Source of the DNA: the human T2T-CHM13v2.0 reference genome, Homo sapiens
Direction: 5' to 3' (one strand)
DNA length: 64,000 nucleotides
Assembly: GCF_009914755.1 (NCBI RefSeq)
Contig: NC_060937.1
In this document: one piece after another, positions 32,105 to 53,430 of the stretch
Layout of the letters: every line of letters begins with the position of its first letter
Numbering within the stretch: the stretch's first letter is position 1
Translations under genes and position numbers: made by a program
Notes under the pieces: model-generated
The model's database searches: none
What the model saw: only the letters and a program-made list of their open reading frames with translations
Told to the model about the DNA's origin: nothing

Positions 32105-34426
32105 TTATGGCGTTTAGGAACACTATTGTTTGTTGGTCCTGAAGAGGAAGTACTTCACAGAGCAAGCCTGCCACCATGTGGCGCGGGCCCAAACCTAGCA
32201 TCAGTTAAAGGTTCATTCTCATTTACTTGGTTGCCTCTGGTTCACTTACTAACCAATCTAGATTTAATGCTGTCTAATAAGAAATTAATACCCAGGTGTA
32301 TTCTATAGGTTTAAGTAGTTTTTAATTTCAAGATACATTTCTTCAATTCTGAAATTATTGCAATATTTCCAAACTGGCTACAGGAGTGACCACAACATTT
32401 ATAATATGATCCAGGCACATTCACAAGAGGACTACTTCAGTGCATCACAAACATGGAAACAAACTCAGCAATTTGTAGGATTTATCTCAGTTCACTCAAA
32501 AGTTGGTCAATGAGCCAGATTAGAAGGCAGAATTCCGGCCAGGTGTGGTGGGTCATGCCTGTAATCACAGTGCTTTGGGAAGCTGAGGTGGGAGGATTGC
32601 TTGAGCCCAGGAATTTGAGACCAGCCTGGGCAACAGGGTGAGACCTTGTCGCTATAAAAAATAAAAAAATAAGAGGCAGAATTCCTTGGAATGGAAACAG
32701 GTAGTGTGAAGGACTGCCAAAAATGGATGAAAAACCCTCATGGAAGGAGAGTCAGAACTTAACAGTTTCCTAGAGTTTTAACACCGTATAAGCTCACTAT
32801 GTTCTAGCATGCCAGGCTGACGTTTCCCAGAACTCTCTCTACATTTATCAAGACAGGAATGACATCGGAAGTTGTTTGCAAGACTATAGGTCTAGCAGGT
32901 GGCTAAGAGGAAGTCTGGTATTGCTGCTGCGTCTATTTTTATGTATTTATTCATTTATTTTTTAAGACGAAGTCTCACTCTGTTGCCCAGCCAGGAGTGC
33001 AGTGGTGCAATCTCAGCTCACTGCAACCTCCACCTCCTGGGTTCAAGCAATTCTCCCACCTCAGCCTCCTGACCACCTCCCAGGTTCAAGCAATTCTCCT
33101 GCCTCACCCTCCCGAGTAGCTGAGATTACAGGTGCGTGCCACCACACCTGGCTAATTTTGTATTTTTAATAGAGGGGTTTTACCATGTTGGCCAGGTTGG
33201 TGTCGAACTCTTGGCCTCAAGAGATCTGCCCACCTCAGCCTCCCAAAGAGCTGGGATTACAGGCATAAGCCACTGTGCCTGGCCTTGGTATAGCTGCTGC
33301 TTCTAACACTTGCTTCTAATGATTGGTGGGTGGAGGCAGCAGTACTCACATTCTGATACAGTTATTAAATGTTCCTTTTTTTCTTTGGTCCTATTACTAC
33401 TTCTTTCTTTTTCTACCACTGCAAACTCTGAAATATCTATTACACGTAAAATGTCAACTATAACTCACCTGATTTCACTGTAGAAAGCAATTAAAAGGGA
33501 AAAATTGTATTTACTTGAGGGTGAAAAAAAAAACCCACATCATCCTTTTCTTTATGTTCCTTTTTTACACTGATATATAAACTTGTTATTTCCACCTAAC
33601 TAAATTGATTCATTTAATCCAGTGACTGTGGTTAAATTGAAAAAAGGTTTGAAAAGAGGGGGTGTCTATGGAAACCCAAACTTCTTCACACTCCAGCTTT
33701 TTCACTACCTTCTCACCTCCCCAGCTTCCACATTTTCGCAAGCATGGGTATATATGTCCCAAGGCTGTGGTTCCCAGGGGCCAAAAGTATATGAATAAGC
33801 CTATATTATGTAAACCTTTCATCTTTTAGGACATGCTGTGCCTTCCATTTAGAGCATTTATCATCTCCATTCTGATCACCATGTAACCAGATATGATGGG
33901 CCCAGTGATAGCTTCCCTAGAAGCCTCATCACTCCTTGTTCTAGAAAGGTCAGGTGCAGATGGCCTGACTCAGCCCAGCTCTAGAGACTGGGACACATCT
34001 CTGGTTCTTGTTCATTCTTCTCTTTGGCCTATGTGTTACAAATCAGCCTTCCTTATCATTGAAGTAGTATGTATGGGCTTAGGAAAGAGATCACTTCCTT
34101 TTTCTTAAAGAGCTCACCATATGGTCTAATCTAAACTAGCTCAGCAGGATTCTATAGTGGGATCTGAGGTTTTAGTGAAATTAAATGTGCTATTTAGATG
34201 AATATTGTCTAGATTCCCTATTTAAAGGAAAAATGGTTCCTTTCCATATAAAATAAATGTATTGTTTCTGTAAGAAATTTCTTACATTCTTTTCTCTAAT
34301 CATCTCTTTGCAATATGTGATGGATATTGCTTTTTTTTTTTTAAGAGGCAAGGTCTTGCTCGCATGATCATAGCTCATGGTGGCCTCTACCTCCTGGGTT
34401 CAAGTGATCCTCCCACCTCAGCCTAG

Positions 34427-34624
<198 letters not shown>

Positions 34625-34966
34625 TAAATATTAACTGAATTACAATTGATAAAAAATAATATCCCACTTATGTTCTAAAATATTCCAGACTAAAATATAA
34701 CATCCTTAAATATTATTTGCTATTGTATACTAACCTTTACCTATGTAGCCAGATTTCACAAATCTTACAATATAAATTTTCCCCAAGTCTTCTCCATGAA
34801 TTATATTCCTTTGTATATGAGGAAAAACAAATGGCAACTGCTGTTTCTTTGTATGTGCTCATAATTGAATTTAAGGGGTCCTCAAACTTATAAAGGATAT
34901 CTGTCAAGAACCTAGAGAAAATATTACATTTAATGGTAAAACATTAGAAACATCACCACTGAAGTG

Positions 34967-35553
34967 ATGTATGGATTTTTACAAAATATGGTCACAAATT
35001 CTTTGGCACCCCACCCATTGAGAGGTGGCATCTTTGTACCCTCCCTTTGAATTCGGATAGACTTAACGATTTGCTTGCAAACAATAAAATGCAGAATAAG
35101 TGGTACACACTGAGAAGTGTGGCTTCTCAGGCTAGGTCAGAAAAGGTGACACAGATTCCTACTTGTTCACTGGAATACTTGGTCTCAGATCCCTGAGCCT
35201 CCACATAAGTGGTCTGACTACCCTGAGAATGCCATGTTGGAAAGAGGCCAACTAACATGTAGAGGCCATCTGTAAGCACTCCAGTTGCTAGTCTCACTGA
35301 GCCCCCAGCTGACAGCAGCATCAACTGTCAGCCATGTGAGTGAGCCATTCTGGACATCCAGCCTAGGTGAACCGTCAGGTGACTTCATCCCCAGCTGACA
35401 TCTGACTGCAGCTGCTTGAGATACCCTAAGTGAGAACAATGTGATCTAGCCCTTCTTGAAATCCTGACCCTCAAAATCATAAGCAAAACAAAATAATTGT
35501 TTTAAGCCACTAAATTTTGAGGTAATTTGCTTCACAGCAATAGTAACAAAAAC
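34967..35553. mobile_element. MLT1 (MaLR) LTR, MLT1G-like
   Basis: acaaaatatggtcacaaattctttggcaccccacccattgagaggtgg...ttttaagccactaaattttgaggtaatttgcttcacagcaatagtaac. Confidence 0.7.
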
Positions 35554-35559
35554 AGACAA

Positions 35560-39668
<4,109 letters not shown>

Positions 39669-40200
39669 TCAGGACGCTGAGGCAGGAGAATTGCTTGAAC
39701 CCAGGAGGCAGAGGTTGCAGTGAGCTTGATCATGCCACTGTACACCAGCCTGGGTGACAGAGCAAAAAAGCTATTACTGATTAAGCACATTATACATTAT
39801 ATCTACATTAATTTATTTACTCCTCCCAACACCTCTGAGAGGTAATTTTTTTGTCCCCATTTATAGATGTGGAAACTGAGGCTACATAAGATTAAGTGCC
39901 TTGCCTCAGACTAGTTTTGTTGTTTTTGTTTTTTTAATAAATAGACACAGAGTCTTGCTAAGTCACCAGGATTGGTCTCAAACTTCTGGCCTTAAGCGAT
40001 CCTCCTGCCTCAGGCTCCCAAAGTGCCAAGACTATAGACATAAGTCACCACACCAACCAGCTTAGTTTTTTTCTTTTCACTTCTAAATATTATATCATTT
40101 TGTCAACAACTACTTTTATATATGTGAAAAGGGATCAATACAAAAGCTAAGAAAGAAGCAAGCACAACTCTATTTTTATTTATTTATTTATTTATTTTGA

Positions 40201-40308
<108 letters not shown>

Positions 40309-42444
40309 TAGCTGGGATTACAGGCGCCTGCCACCACGCCCAACTAATTTTTGTATTTTTAGTACAGTTGGTGTTTCACTATGTTGCCCAGGCTGGTCTC
40401 GAACACCTGACCTCAAGTGATCTGCCCACCTTGGCCTCCTAAAGTGCTGCGATTACAGGTGTGAGCCACCACACCCAGCCAGCACAACTCTTTCTAGAAG
40501 GGAAGAATGACATTGCCACTATTGGATGAAGACTCCCAGGAGAAGATGATGAGGTGAAGAGAGTCTCTGGGTCAGAGTCTGAATTTCACTCCCTTGGGAG
40601 CCTTACAAGAGCCCCTTCTGGGGAGGACCGTGGACAAAGCCATATCTTAGGAAGGATAGGCCTCAGCATATTGGGGCAATATTGACAGACCTTTAGTGCA
40701 GGCCCAGCTCTATCGTCCAGCAGGAATATGGCCTTGGGAATGAACTACTGTGCGCGATCTACTTCAAGACACAGCTCCAGTCTCATGAGTGAGCAAATCA
40801 GAATACGTCTTGCGGGTTGAAGGGAGAATCCTTAGCTGGTCGTGGCTGTGGGGCCTGGATCCTGTGCTGATGAAGTTTCTCCCTTCCCCTTCATGCAAAA
40901 TAAATACTTTGCTCATTGATGCACAGGGTAATGGTAAGTCATCTGGGAAATCCAGCCAAGTCACAAGCACTAATCTTAGTTTCTAACTATGAAGTGACCT
41001 TCCAACCTCCTTCCTAATCAAGTTAGGTTTTTTTGGTTTGTTTTTCTTTTTCCTGCAAAGTAAAAATATCCAGTTCAGGAAATGTGGCTGATTGAATAGC
41101 AGCTGCCATGGAGGACCTACTTTGGATATTGAAACAACCTTGGAAGAAGATCAGAAACTCACTCCCATCAGCTCCTGTTTTGAGGCAGGCCTGGAGCTCA
41201 TCACCCAGATTAGTCTTGGCCTCCACATTGTCCTTCCTGTATATTTTTAGGAGAAAGTATCTGGCCACTGTTTCTTTTTCCTCTCAATGCTAGGAAACTT
41301 CCTGTAATATTGGAAAAGTAGAAGTTGAAGCGGCTTCAGTGCAAAACTAACATTCTCTGGATCTTTCTCACGCTGTTCGGAAAGTAGATCACCCACTGTT
41401 ATTTCCTTTTCCTGGCTTTTTTTTTTTCCTAACAGACAAAGAGAGGCACTGCCACGATACTATTTCTGTTCAGAGGGGGAGAGAGAGCAAAAAGAGACAG
41501 GCAGAAACATTTTCCCCAGCCTTGCCACATTCTTCACTCAGTTATAAAGAAACGCATTGCCAATAAAATAGAAAACAGAAATAGCAGGAAAATTCTGAAA
41601 GATGAGCTGTGCTGTAAATGTAAAACACAAGCCACTTAATGCATAATCATTCAAAGGACAGTTTGTAATGAAAATAAAGACATTTCAAAAGAGCCCATAA
41701 TTTGCTTACATTACATTCTGTATCTAATTGTTATAGTATGTTTTATTCCTCTTATACAAGAAAAAATGTTGACCTCCCTCATTCATATGGCATGCAGATG
41801 CATTTGAGCAGGGTTTTTTGGGTTTAATAATGTGATAGACTGGCTGGGCACTCATGCCTGTAATCCCAACCCTTTGAGAGGCTGGCAGGCAGATCACTTG
41901 AGGCCAGGAGTTCGAGACCGGCCTGGCCAACATGGTGAAACACTATCTCTACTAAAAATACAAAAATTAGCTGGGCGTGGTGGCACATGCCTATAGTTCC
42001 AGCTACCCGGAAGGCTGAGGCAGGAGGCTGAGCTTGGGAGGCAGGAGGCTGAGCTTGGGAGGCAGGAGACTGAGTTTGGGAGGCAGAGGGCTGCAGTGAG
42101 CCGAGATCATGCCACTGCACTCCAGCCTGGGTGACAGAGTGAGACTCCATCTCAAAAAATATATATATGTATTATAGAATATTAGAGCTTTAGACATCAC
42201 CTAGTGCAAACTTCTTGCTTTACAGATTAGAAAATTGAGGCTTAGAAAGTCTAAGTAATGGCCAAGCACAGTGGCAAATGTCTGTAATCCCAGCCCTCTG
42301 GGAGGCCAAGGCAGGAGGATTGTTTGAAGCCAGGAGTTCAAGACCAGCCTGAGCAAAACAGACAGACCCCCCCACCCCAATCTCTACAAAAAAAAAATTT
42401 TAATTAGCCAGGTGTGGTGGCATGTGCCTGTAGCCCTAGCCCTA

Positions 42445-42561
<117 letters not shown>

Positions 42562-43247
42562 TTAATAATAACAAAAAGATTAAATAACTTAACCCAGGCA
42601 ACACAGATGGAAAGTAGCAGAGCTGGGGGCTAGAATCCAGATCTAAATCTTCAGCCTGCATTCTTCCTAATTTATGTGGAGCCTCACACTGTCTTGCCCT
42701 GTCCCATGTGCAAGATAGCAGCCGAGAATGACTACTGCAGCATTCCTTCTGATTTCCTTATTTCTGACTTGAATATGCTACACCAGTAACAAAACTATGA
42801 GCACCCAAGACACAACCACACGCATGTGCACACACAGAGACGCACACACATACTGTTAACAGATACTGAGACAAAGATCTTGGAAGACAGCATTGTCTTC
42901 TGAAAAGAGAATCTTCTGCTATGGAATGTCTGGGAAGGAAGTGTGACAGACGTTTTCACTCACCCAACACCTTTCCCACTTTCTTCTTGCTACAAGTAGC
43001 ATAATTTTATTCAGATAGCATGGAGTGGGGGCAGACAGGGTGGGGGCAATGTGCTCAGAGAAGGTAGACCCAGCCTGGCCAAGCCAAGTAATTTTATTCT
43101 CCTGGTCAGGAAGATGTATGGAGAAATTGGCTGGTAGGCTTTAGGAAAACATTTCATTTTTTATTACACAAATGCACACACATGCACACAAGCAGCCAAA
43201 AACACTTACACCTTTCCCTTTCTTCCTGCCTTTTTTTTTTTCTTTGA

Positions 43248-43615
<368 letters not shown>

Positions 43616-44168
43616 TGACAGTGCTGAAGCAGAAACATGGAAAGAGACCGGCTCTTTGATGACACTTGAGCTGCGAAACTGACCTGGAATGACCTCCTTC
43701 CAGATGTATTGTCATGAGAGAGAATAAGACAATCTCATTGTTTCAGCCACTTGCAGTGGGTGTTTTATAACTTGCAGCTGAAAGCATAGTTACCTCTCTG
43801 AGCCTCAGTTTTTTCCTTTAGAAAATGGCGATAACACTACTTACCCAGCAGGTCGTAGGAGGAAATGGTATAATACAATGCCTAACATAAAGGAACTCAG
43901 TAAATCGTAGCTAGTCATATCATAATCATGATAACCCTCATAGCAAAATCCTCAGTGGTGGGAATGTTTTCTCCACTCCGCCAGTGTCATGGCATCGGGT
44001 TGCTTCTCCCTACAGTGGTGGTCTGGAGACAGTTTGCCCCGCTGCCACCTCTTCTCCAAGTGCTGAGGAGCTCAGGCATGGGAGCTTTGGGCCTGGGAGC
44101 TTTGGGCCGGGGAGGTAGGGAGTCCAGTCTGTAAAGGAAAACAATAAAAATGAAAAGCAAGCATGTAA

Positions 44169-44402
<234 letters not shown>

Positions 44403-45756
44403 TAGTAGAGACGGGGTTTCACCATGTTGGCTAGGCTGGTCTTGAACTCCTGACCTCGTGATCTGCCCGCCTCAGCCTCCCAAAGTGCTGGGATTACAAG
44501 CATGAGCCACCGCGCCCAGCCAAGTGTTCATTTCTTATGTCCCAGAAGTCCCAACTCTGGCAATCTAGCCCATAGAAATAATCCAAATGAAGAGAGAAAT
44601 TTTACTCACCAAATCTTTAATTCAGATTTTTTTGCAGCCTTTAGAAGTAAATAATAATATATCCCCTTGATATAATATAATTATGAAGCCAACACAGTAA
44701 TGTTTATTAGAAACTATGTAGGGGTGGCCCGGCGCGGTGGCTCACGCTTCTAATCCCAGCACTTTGGGAGGCCGAGGCGGGCGGATCACGAGGTCAGGAG
44801 ATCGAGACCATCCTGGCTAACACGGTGAAACCCTGCCTCTACTAAAAAAATACAAAAAATTAGCCGAGCATGGTAGCTGTAGTCCCAGCGACTCGGGAGG
44901 CTGAGGCAGGAGAATGGCATGAACCCGGGAGGCAGTGTTTGCAGTGAGCCTAGATTGCACCACTGCACTCCAGCCTGGACAACACAGCGAGACTCCGTCT
45001 CAAAAAAAAAAAAAAAAAAGAAACTATGTAGGAATAAGGCAATGTAATTCTTAATATAAATTAAATGAAAACAAAATCAGAATACAAAATTGTATGTGTG
45101 CTCTGCTTACAACCACGTGGAGCACAGCTATAATTAAAGCGGGCTATACTTGGCACACTGATTGTTAAATAAGTGCAGCGAACACAGAAAATAAGGGGGC
45201 GGCGGGTTGTTGAAGAAACTGGCCAGAAAACGGAACGAAGAGGAGAGAAGCTAACGGTGCTCATCGTGTGGCACGCAGGTGCGTTGTTTTCTCTCCACTA
45301 AGGCTGCTGGGTGGGGCCAAAATAGTCCAGGCAGCCAAGTGCAGAGGCGTTGGGGGCGGCAAAGATGCAAAGGATCCCCACTGTGGCTGCACCCCGAGGA
45401 GGAGTCCGTGGCAGGAGGCCCACACCCAGGACCCGGCGCCAACAGTGAGGAGACGAACCTGGAAGACATCCCGCTGTCCAGACACCGCGAGGGAGGCGAG
45501 TGGTGCTCGCAGCCTGGGACTTAGGAACACAGGGAAACAGCTTCCACATGCCATTTGCTGAATAAATATTTCTTGCAGGATGTTTCCTATGGATTCATTC
45601 TCTATCATGAAAGCTTTATTTGTGGTCAGCGTCCTAGGAAAGCAGAGGCAGACAGATTTCTGTTCTAGGGAGTTCTGTGGAGGGTTACAGATCAGCAATA
45701 TTCCACTGAAACCAAATACCTAGGAAAAGCATGGAAGGACACACAGAAATCACAAA

Positions 45757-45836
45757 TTATTATATTATATTATACTATACTATATTATATTATATTATAT
45801 TATATTATATTATATTATATTATATTATATTATATT
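45757..45836. repeat. (ATTAT)n pentanucleotide microsatellite at an Alu tail
   Basis: About 16 units with two ACTAT variants. Confidence 0.9.
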
Positions 45837-45997
45837 AATTTATTTTTTGAGACAGGGTCTTGCTCCGTCATCTAGACTGGAGTGCAGTGGCGCAATCATG
45901 GCTTACTGCAGCCTCAACCTCCCAGGTGCAGGTAATCCTCCTGCCTCAGCCTCCTGAGTAGCTGGGACTACAGCTGCATGCCATCACACCTGACTAA

Positions 45998-46147
<150 letters not shown>

Positions 46148-46237
46148 TAAAAAACATATAAAAATAGAGTTGGCTGGGCGCGGTGGCTCACGCCTTTAAT
46201 CCCACCACTTTGGGAGACCGAGGCTGGTGGATCACTA

Positions 46238-46489
<252 letters not shown>

Positions 46490-47068
46490 TTATAGATATA
46501 AATAAAATGTGTTTGCAATCATTATCTACTGTGTCCTATAACTAATTAAGATCTTCACCCATAAAAATCCCAACCCTATTATGAATTTGGAGTACTTTCT
46601 GGTGGTGGACTCACACTTTTTCATGCAAGCTCCTTTGCCCCCTATGCAACCACTGCCCACGTTGTGCTCCAGGGCAGACCATAGTTCACAGGCGGAAGCA
46701 GGTGCCATGTAGGAATGAGACCACATGTACCATGAAGCAACGGAGCTCACTGATTCAGAGGCAAGATGCTGGCCCCTCTGGCTGTCACCATGGATGACTG
46801 CTGATTTAAGGTCTTTCTTGGTCATCCCACCTGGCACCACCACTTCTGGTCCCTTCTCTTCAGTTTCCTCTACCCAGCTATGTCCTCCTCTACTGATAAG
46901 CCCTGAAACAGAGCAAGTGGCCTCTTTTTTAATGTAACAAATATTTTACAATATTCATTTGTAAAGTCTAGAAATGAAAATAATACACAATAGCATCTAC
47001 CTAGCCACACAATCTTGAAAAACAATCAGTATAATGCTGTAACTATAACGTAAGAAATAAATGAAGGT

Positions 47069-47099
<31 letters not shown>

Positions 47100-47839
47100 G
47101 AGACAGAGTCTTGCTCTATAGCCCAGGCTGAAGTGCAGTGGTGCAAGTGGTGCAGCCTCGAACTCCTGGGCTCAAATGATCCTCCTGCCTCAGCCTTCTG
47201 AGTAGCTGGGACTAGAGGTGTGCACCACTATGCCTAGCTAATTTTTAACTTTTTTGTAGAGACTGGGTCTTGCTATGTTGCCCAGGCTGGTCTTGAACTC
47301 CTTGTTGAGGATCAGTGGGAGATGAAAGGGAGGAGAGACAGTGAGGACCCCTTGGCACTACCCACCTTCCCTACCTACCGGCAAGTCCCCAATGAGTGAT
47401 GTCCAGTATGGGTCTGGGCGGGGCAAGTGATCCTCCTGCCTCAGCCTCCCAGAGTGCTTAAATTACAGATGTGAGCCACTCTACCCAACGGAAGGTAATT
47501 TGAAATAAAATAATACATGTTCCCATACATAAGTGCTCAGGACAATCACATTAATGAAGTTGTCACGTTCTTGCATCTAAATTTAGAATCCACATGAGCA
47601 CCATGGCAGTGGATCGCCGTTTTGGTGCGTCTTATCAGCAACTTAAATGCCACGCTGTTATTCAAAGCGCTGCTGTCAGTGATGTGATTTTCCAAAATAA
47701 TGAGCAGCTCTTGGAAAAGCTCCAAACAGAACAAAGTGCAAACTTTCCTCAATGCATACAGTAGTTGTGTTTCTGGAAAGTGTAGTGTATATGAAAACCA
47801 CATGAAAATAGTCTGCGGTTACATATAAAACAAAATTAG

Positions 47840-48139
<300 letters not shown>

Positions 48140-51100
48140 TGATCCACCCGCCTTGGCCTCCCAAAGTGCTGGGATTATAGGCTTGAGCCACCGAGCCCAG
48201 CCCAGATACTTTTTAAATGGTGTTTTTTTTCTTTAAACTACTACATAAATGTTTGGGACATTCAAAAGTGAAATTCAAATTTAAGAAACATTTTTTTCTT
48301 GCACAAAATATTCTTGGGTGTTATAGGATGTCTAGCATCTCTAGTCCCCACTCACTGAATGTCAGGCACATGCTCAAATCAAACTCTCCAAGAGTGGTCA
48401 TTGAGAACTACTCTTTCCTGTATATGAGTAGACCTTGTACTCTCTGTCCACTTTTCTCCACATCTGGGGAAAGCTGAATCATGGGCATAAGTACCTGTAA
48501 ACAGTCACTGATACACATGTTACATCTGTAGCAACCACCCCAAATTCAGATATATAGCTTAGGGCCCCATGGGTTGCCTAATACATGATGGTCATAGAGG
48601 GAGGAAATTTCTCGGAGAATTTCATTCAACCTTCAGCATGATTGGAGCATTGGTTCTCACCACAGTACCCACAAAGGTAACTTGTACCCCACCCAGCCCC
48701 ATCTTGTACATCACTCACTGGGGACTTGGTGGTGGGTAGGAAAGGTGGATGGTTCCTAGGGTTCCTGGCTGTCTCTCCTCCCCTTTGTCTCCCACTGATC
48801 CTCAACACAGCTCATGGCTGAGAACTTCTGATTGAGAGATTTATACAAGAAATTGCATTCCTCAAAGTAAGTGATTATTGAGGGAAAAAAAAAGGAAAAC
48901 CATGAAAAAAACCCCAATGCACCCTACTTGCTTATATGTGCATAGAATATCTCTGGAAAAATGTCTAAGAAACCAATGGTGTGAGCTGTTTCCCAGGGAG
49001 GGTCTGGCATGGCTGGAGCACTGCGGTGAAAGGAGAACGTCCTTGATGCTCTACTCTTTTGTACCTTCAGAATTTTGTATGGATGGCTTGAAAATAGAAA
49101 GAAATAGAATTTGATTTTTAAAAGAGGCAGTCCCTGGAAAAAAGTTATTAATTTGCATATTGCAAGTTGAGAAAGTGAGAGGCCAGAGCAAGAGGAGGTC
49201 ACAACAAGATAAAAAGGTGGGGGCCGTTATGGAGCCCAGGGAAAGGAGGGCTGGACAAGAGACTCCGTCCATGTTTCTCTAGCACTTTCCAGGAGAATAA
49301 AGCTCTTGTTCTAGCACTCTCCTCCTTTGGACCTATCTGTAGAGAGCAGAAAAGTGACCACGAGGCTCTGTTGCATGATAAACAACCCCTTAAAAACCAC
49401 CAACTTTCCATGGTCTTCCAGCAACCCATTTGGATGTCGTCCCTACAGTTGACTCCTTCAGTCCCTGTGTGTGTCCTCTGCGTGCCCCTGGCCCCCTGCC
49501 TTCCCTTAGCTGTGCTGCACAGAAAACCGCCCCAGCTCTTGGGTCAAACAGATCCCATAAGAAACATCAGAAGAAGCATCCTGGCTTACAAGTTATTTTT
49601 TGGTGAGTGCAATGGGCGTGCCGTGCTCCTCCAGGCCTGACCACCTGTATGAGAGTTGGCAGGAGGACATTTCTAAACTCACACTCTTAGGGCAGTAGAG
49701 ATGGGGCCTAAGACCTTTGTCTCTCCTGGTATCAGTGAGCCCCGTGTAGCCCCTTTTCCTTATTCCAGGTCTGGAAGCTGCAGTCACAGACACACAAAGG
49801 TGCTGGGGCTTGCACATTCACCAGCGTCACTTTCTCCAGCCACACCACTACGTTTGAGGGCTCTCCTGTCCTTCTCTAACAGAACTAGTCTGGGACTAGA
49901 CGCCAGGCTTTGGGCTAAGTACTTGATGTGTCTTCACTTATTAAATCCTTCCAATAACCCTTCAAGTTAGGTACCATTATTATCGTCATCAACCTCATTT
50001 TATAGAGAAGGAAACTGAGGTGCAGAGAAATTCAGGTTGAGGTTCACAGCAAATAAGCAGTGGAGGCCAAGTGTGCCCCCAGGTGGACCCAAATCAAAGC
50101 CACACTGTTACCTTCTGCTCTGCGCTGCCTCCCGGGGCAGTAGCCCTCGTGAGCCTCCCCACGTTGGGGTGTCTAATGAAAAGCTTCCCTGCTGGTTGAG
50201 CTGAAGGGGTCAGGGTCGGGGCTGTACAGAGAAACTCAGGCCACAAGGGCCTTTGGGCAGAACTGGGGTCACAAAGTAATCATGGTTTCCCAGCGAACAC
50301 AAGACTTTGGCCCTCAGGCAAGGCTCCTTGATGTCTGGGGGAGCCTGTGCCCCCCAGCAGTGCTCACAGATCCACCCCTGACTGCCAGCCGGCCCCTTGA
50401 TGGCGGTGCCTGTCTCAGATTCTGTGGTCAGTGCCACGCAGCTACCTCCAGAGGCAGCCTGCAGCCTGGCCATGTGGCCCCAAGCTCCAGGCTAGAGGCC
50501 AAGGGGAGTGTCCCTTCTCTCTCTGTGTCACCCAGGGCATAGGTCACCCAGGCAGCCTGGCATGGTGCCTCCAAGCCACTGTGCTAATGCTTCTACAGCT
50601 TCTGCTCCCTCCCTGCCTCCATGGGGCCCAAACCTAGCCCTGGTGCTGCTCTGGGAACTGGGTCAGAGCAGCACCCCAGCTCCCCCACCCCCAGGAGCCC
50701 CTCAACCTTGGCCTGCTGTCATCCTCGTCCGGCCCCAATCTTCCTGCAAATCGGGCCCTTGCAGGATTCCTGCTGACTCAGCAGCTGGGCCTGGACAGGA
50801 CTTAGTCCCAGCGTGAGCCGATCCCGCTGCAGTTTGGGCGAGAATGACAAGCCCTCCACCAGACGATTCTTTATTGCTCTGAGACTTCCCTGGGATAATT
50901 CCACCCCCAGGAGCACTCTATCTGTTTCTGTCTCCTCCCCACACACCCCCTGGCCTTGAAAAAGGATGATCACTGACCACAGGCACTGAAAAGAGCAAAC
51001 CAAGAGCAGCATCAATACCCTCACACAGTGGTGCACATAACACACTTTGAGTTTCTGACTTTTCCTAATCAGTTCTTCCTGCTAAAATACAGTAGCTTAA

Positions 51101-51162
51101 CAAAAACAATGACAACAACAATCTGGTGTTTGCCATTTACAAGGCACTTTCTGTGTGAGTAG

Positions 51163-51539
<377 letters not shown>

Positions 51540-51683
51540 TAACATCCAACTTGAGTCTTGATATTTTAATGAAATAATGCATGGGAAAGCAGAAAACAGC
51601 ACAAAGATTACTGGTTATAAGAGCTAAATCACTGTGACTCCATATCCAAATTCAATACCTACTGAATCAGTGGTTTCTGACTA

Positions 51684-52742
<1,059 letters not shown>

Positions 52743-53329
52743 TGATCCACCCACCTCAGCCCCCCAAAGTGTTGGGATTACAGGCCTGAGCCACCACGCC
52801 TGGCCATAGGCAGCTTTTAAAAGAACACATGTGCAGCCTGGCCATCATGGTGAAACCTGTCTTTACGAAAAATACAAAAATCAGCTGGGCATGGTGGCAC
52901 CTGCCTATAATCCCACTTGCTTAGGAGGTTGAGGAGGGAGGATCGCTTGAGCCCTGGAGGCGGAGGCTGCTGTCCAGCCTGGGCGACAGAGCAAGACTCG
53001 GTCTCAAATAGAAAACAAAACAAAACAACAACAACAACAACAACAAACCATGTGTGATTCCAAGCAAATCAGAGAATCTCTAGCCACCAGAAAAACCTTG
53101 AGGCATGTACTGAAAGGAAGAGGTCAGAATTCTCTGCGAGGAGCTCAGAGGATCCTGAGGGAAGAGAGAAGGCGGCTGCGCTTGGACACAGCTCCGAGCT
53201 CGTGCTCCCTCCTTCAGGCACCCAAGTCTGAGTTGCTAAAAAATGGAGCTGTCACTGGGCCTTGCTCTGCCAGGACCTGCAGAGCCGGGGACCTCTCTGT
53301 GGCAAGCCCAGCAAGATGACTGCTCTGAG

Positions 53330-53430
53330 GCGCCCTAGGGCTGAGGGAGGGGCCGTGACACCAGCCCCGCCCCCCAGCCACCTGGGAAAAGGAAGCACAA
53401 AAAGGAGAAGCAGCAACGGCTGCTCTGCTT
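53330..53430 (+). promoter_or_regulatory. ARL11: ARL11 proximal promoter (TATA-less, GC box)
   Basis: GC box ccccgccccc ~53365-53375, GGAA ETS-like cores and local CpG enrichment upstream of the exon-1 donor. Confidence 0.55.

Noticed and set aside
41108-41293. gccATGg-initiated 61-aa ORF, possible pseudogene fragment
   Set aside because: No recognisable homology, poly(A) or TSD; cannot be supported without a search.
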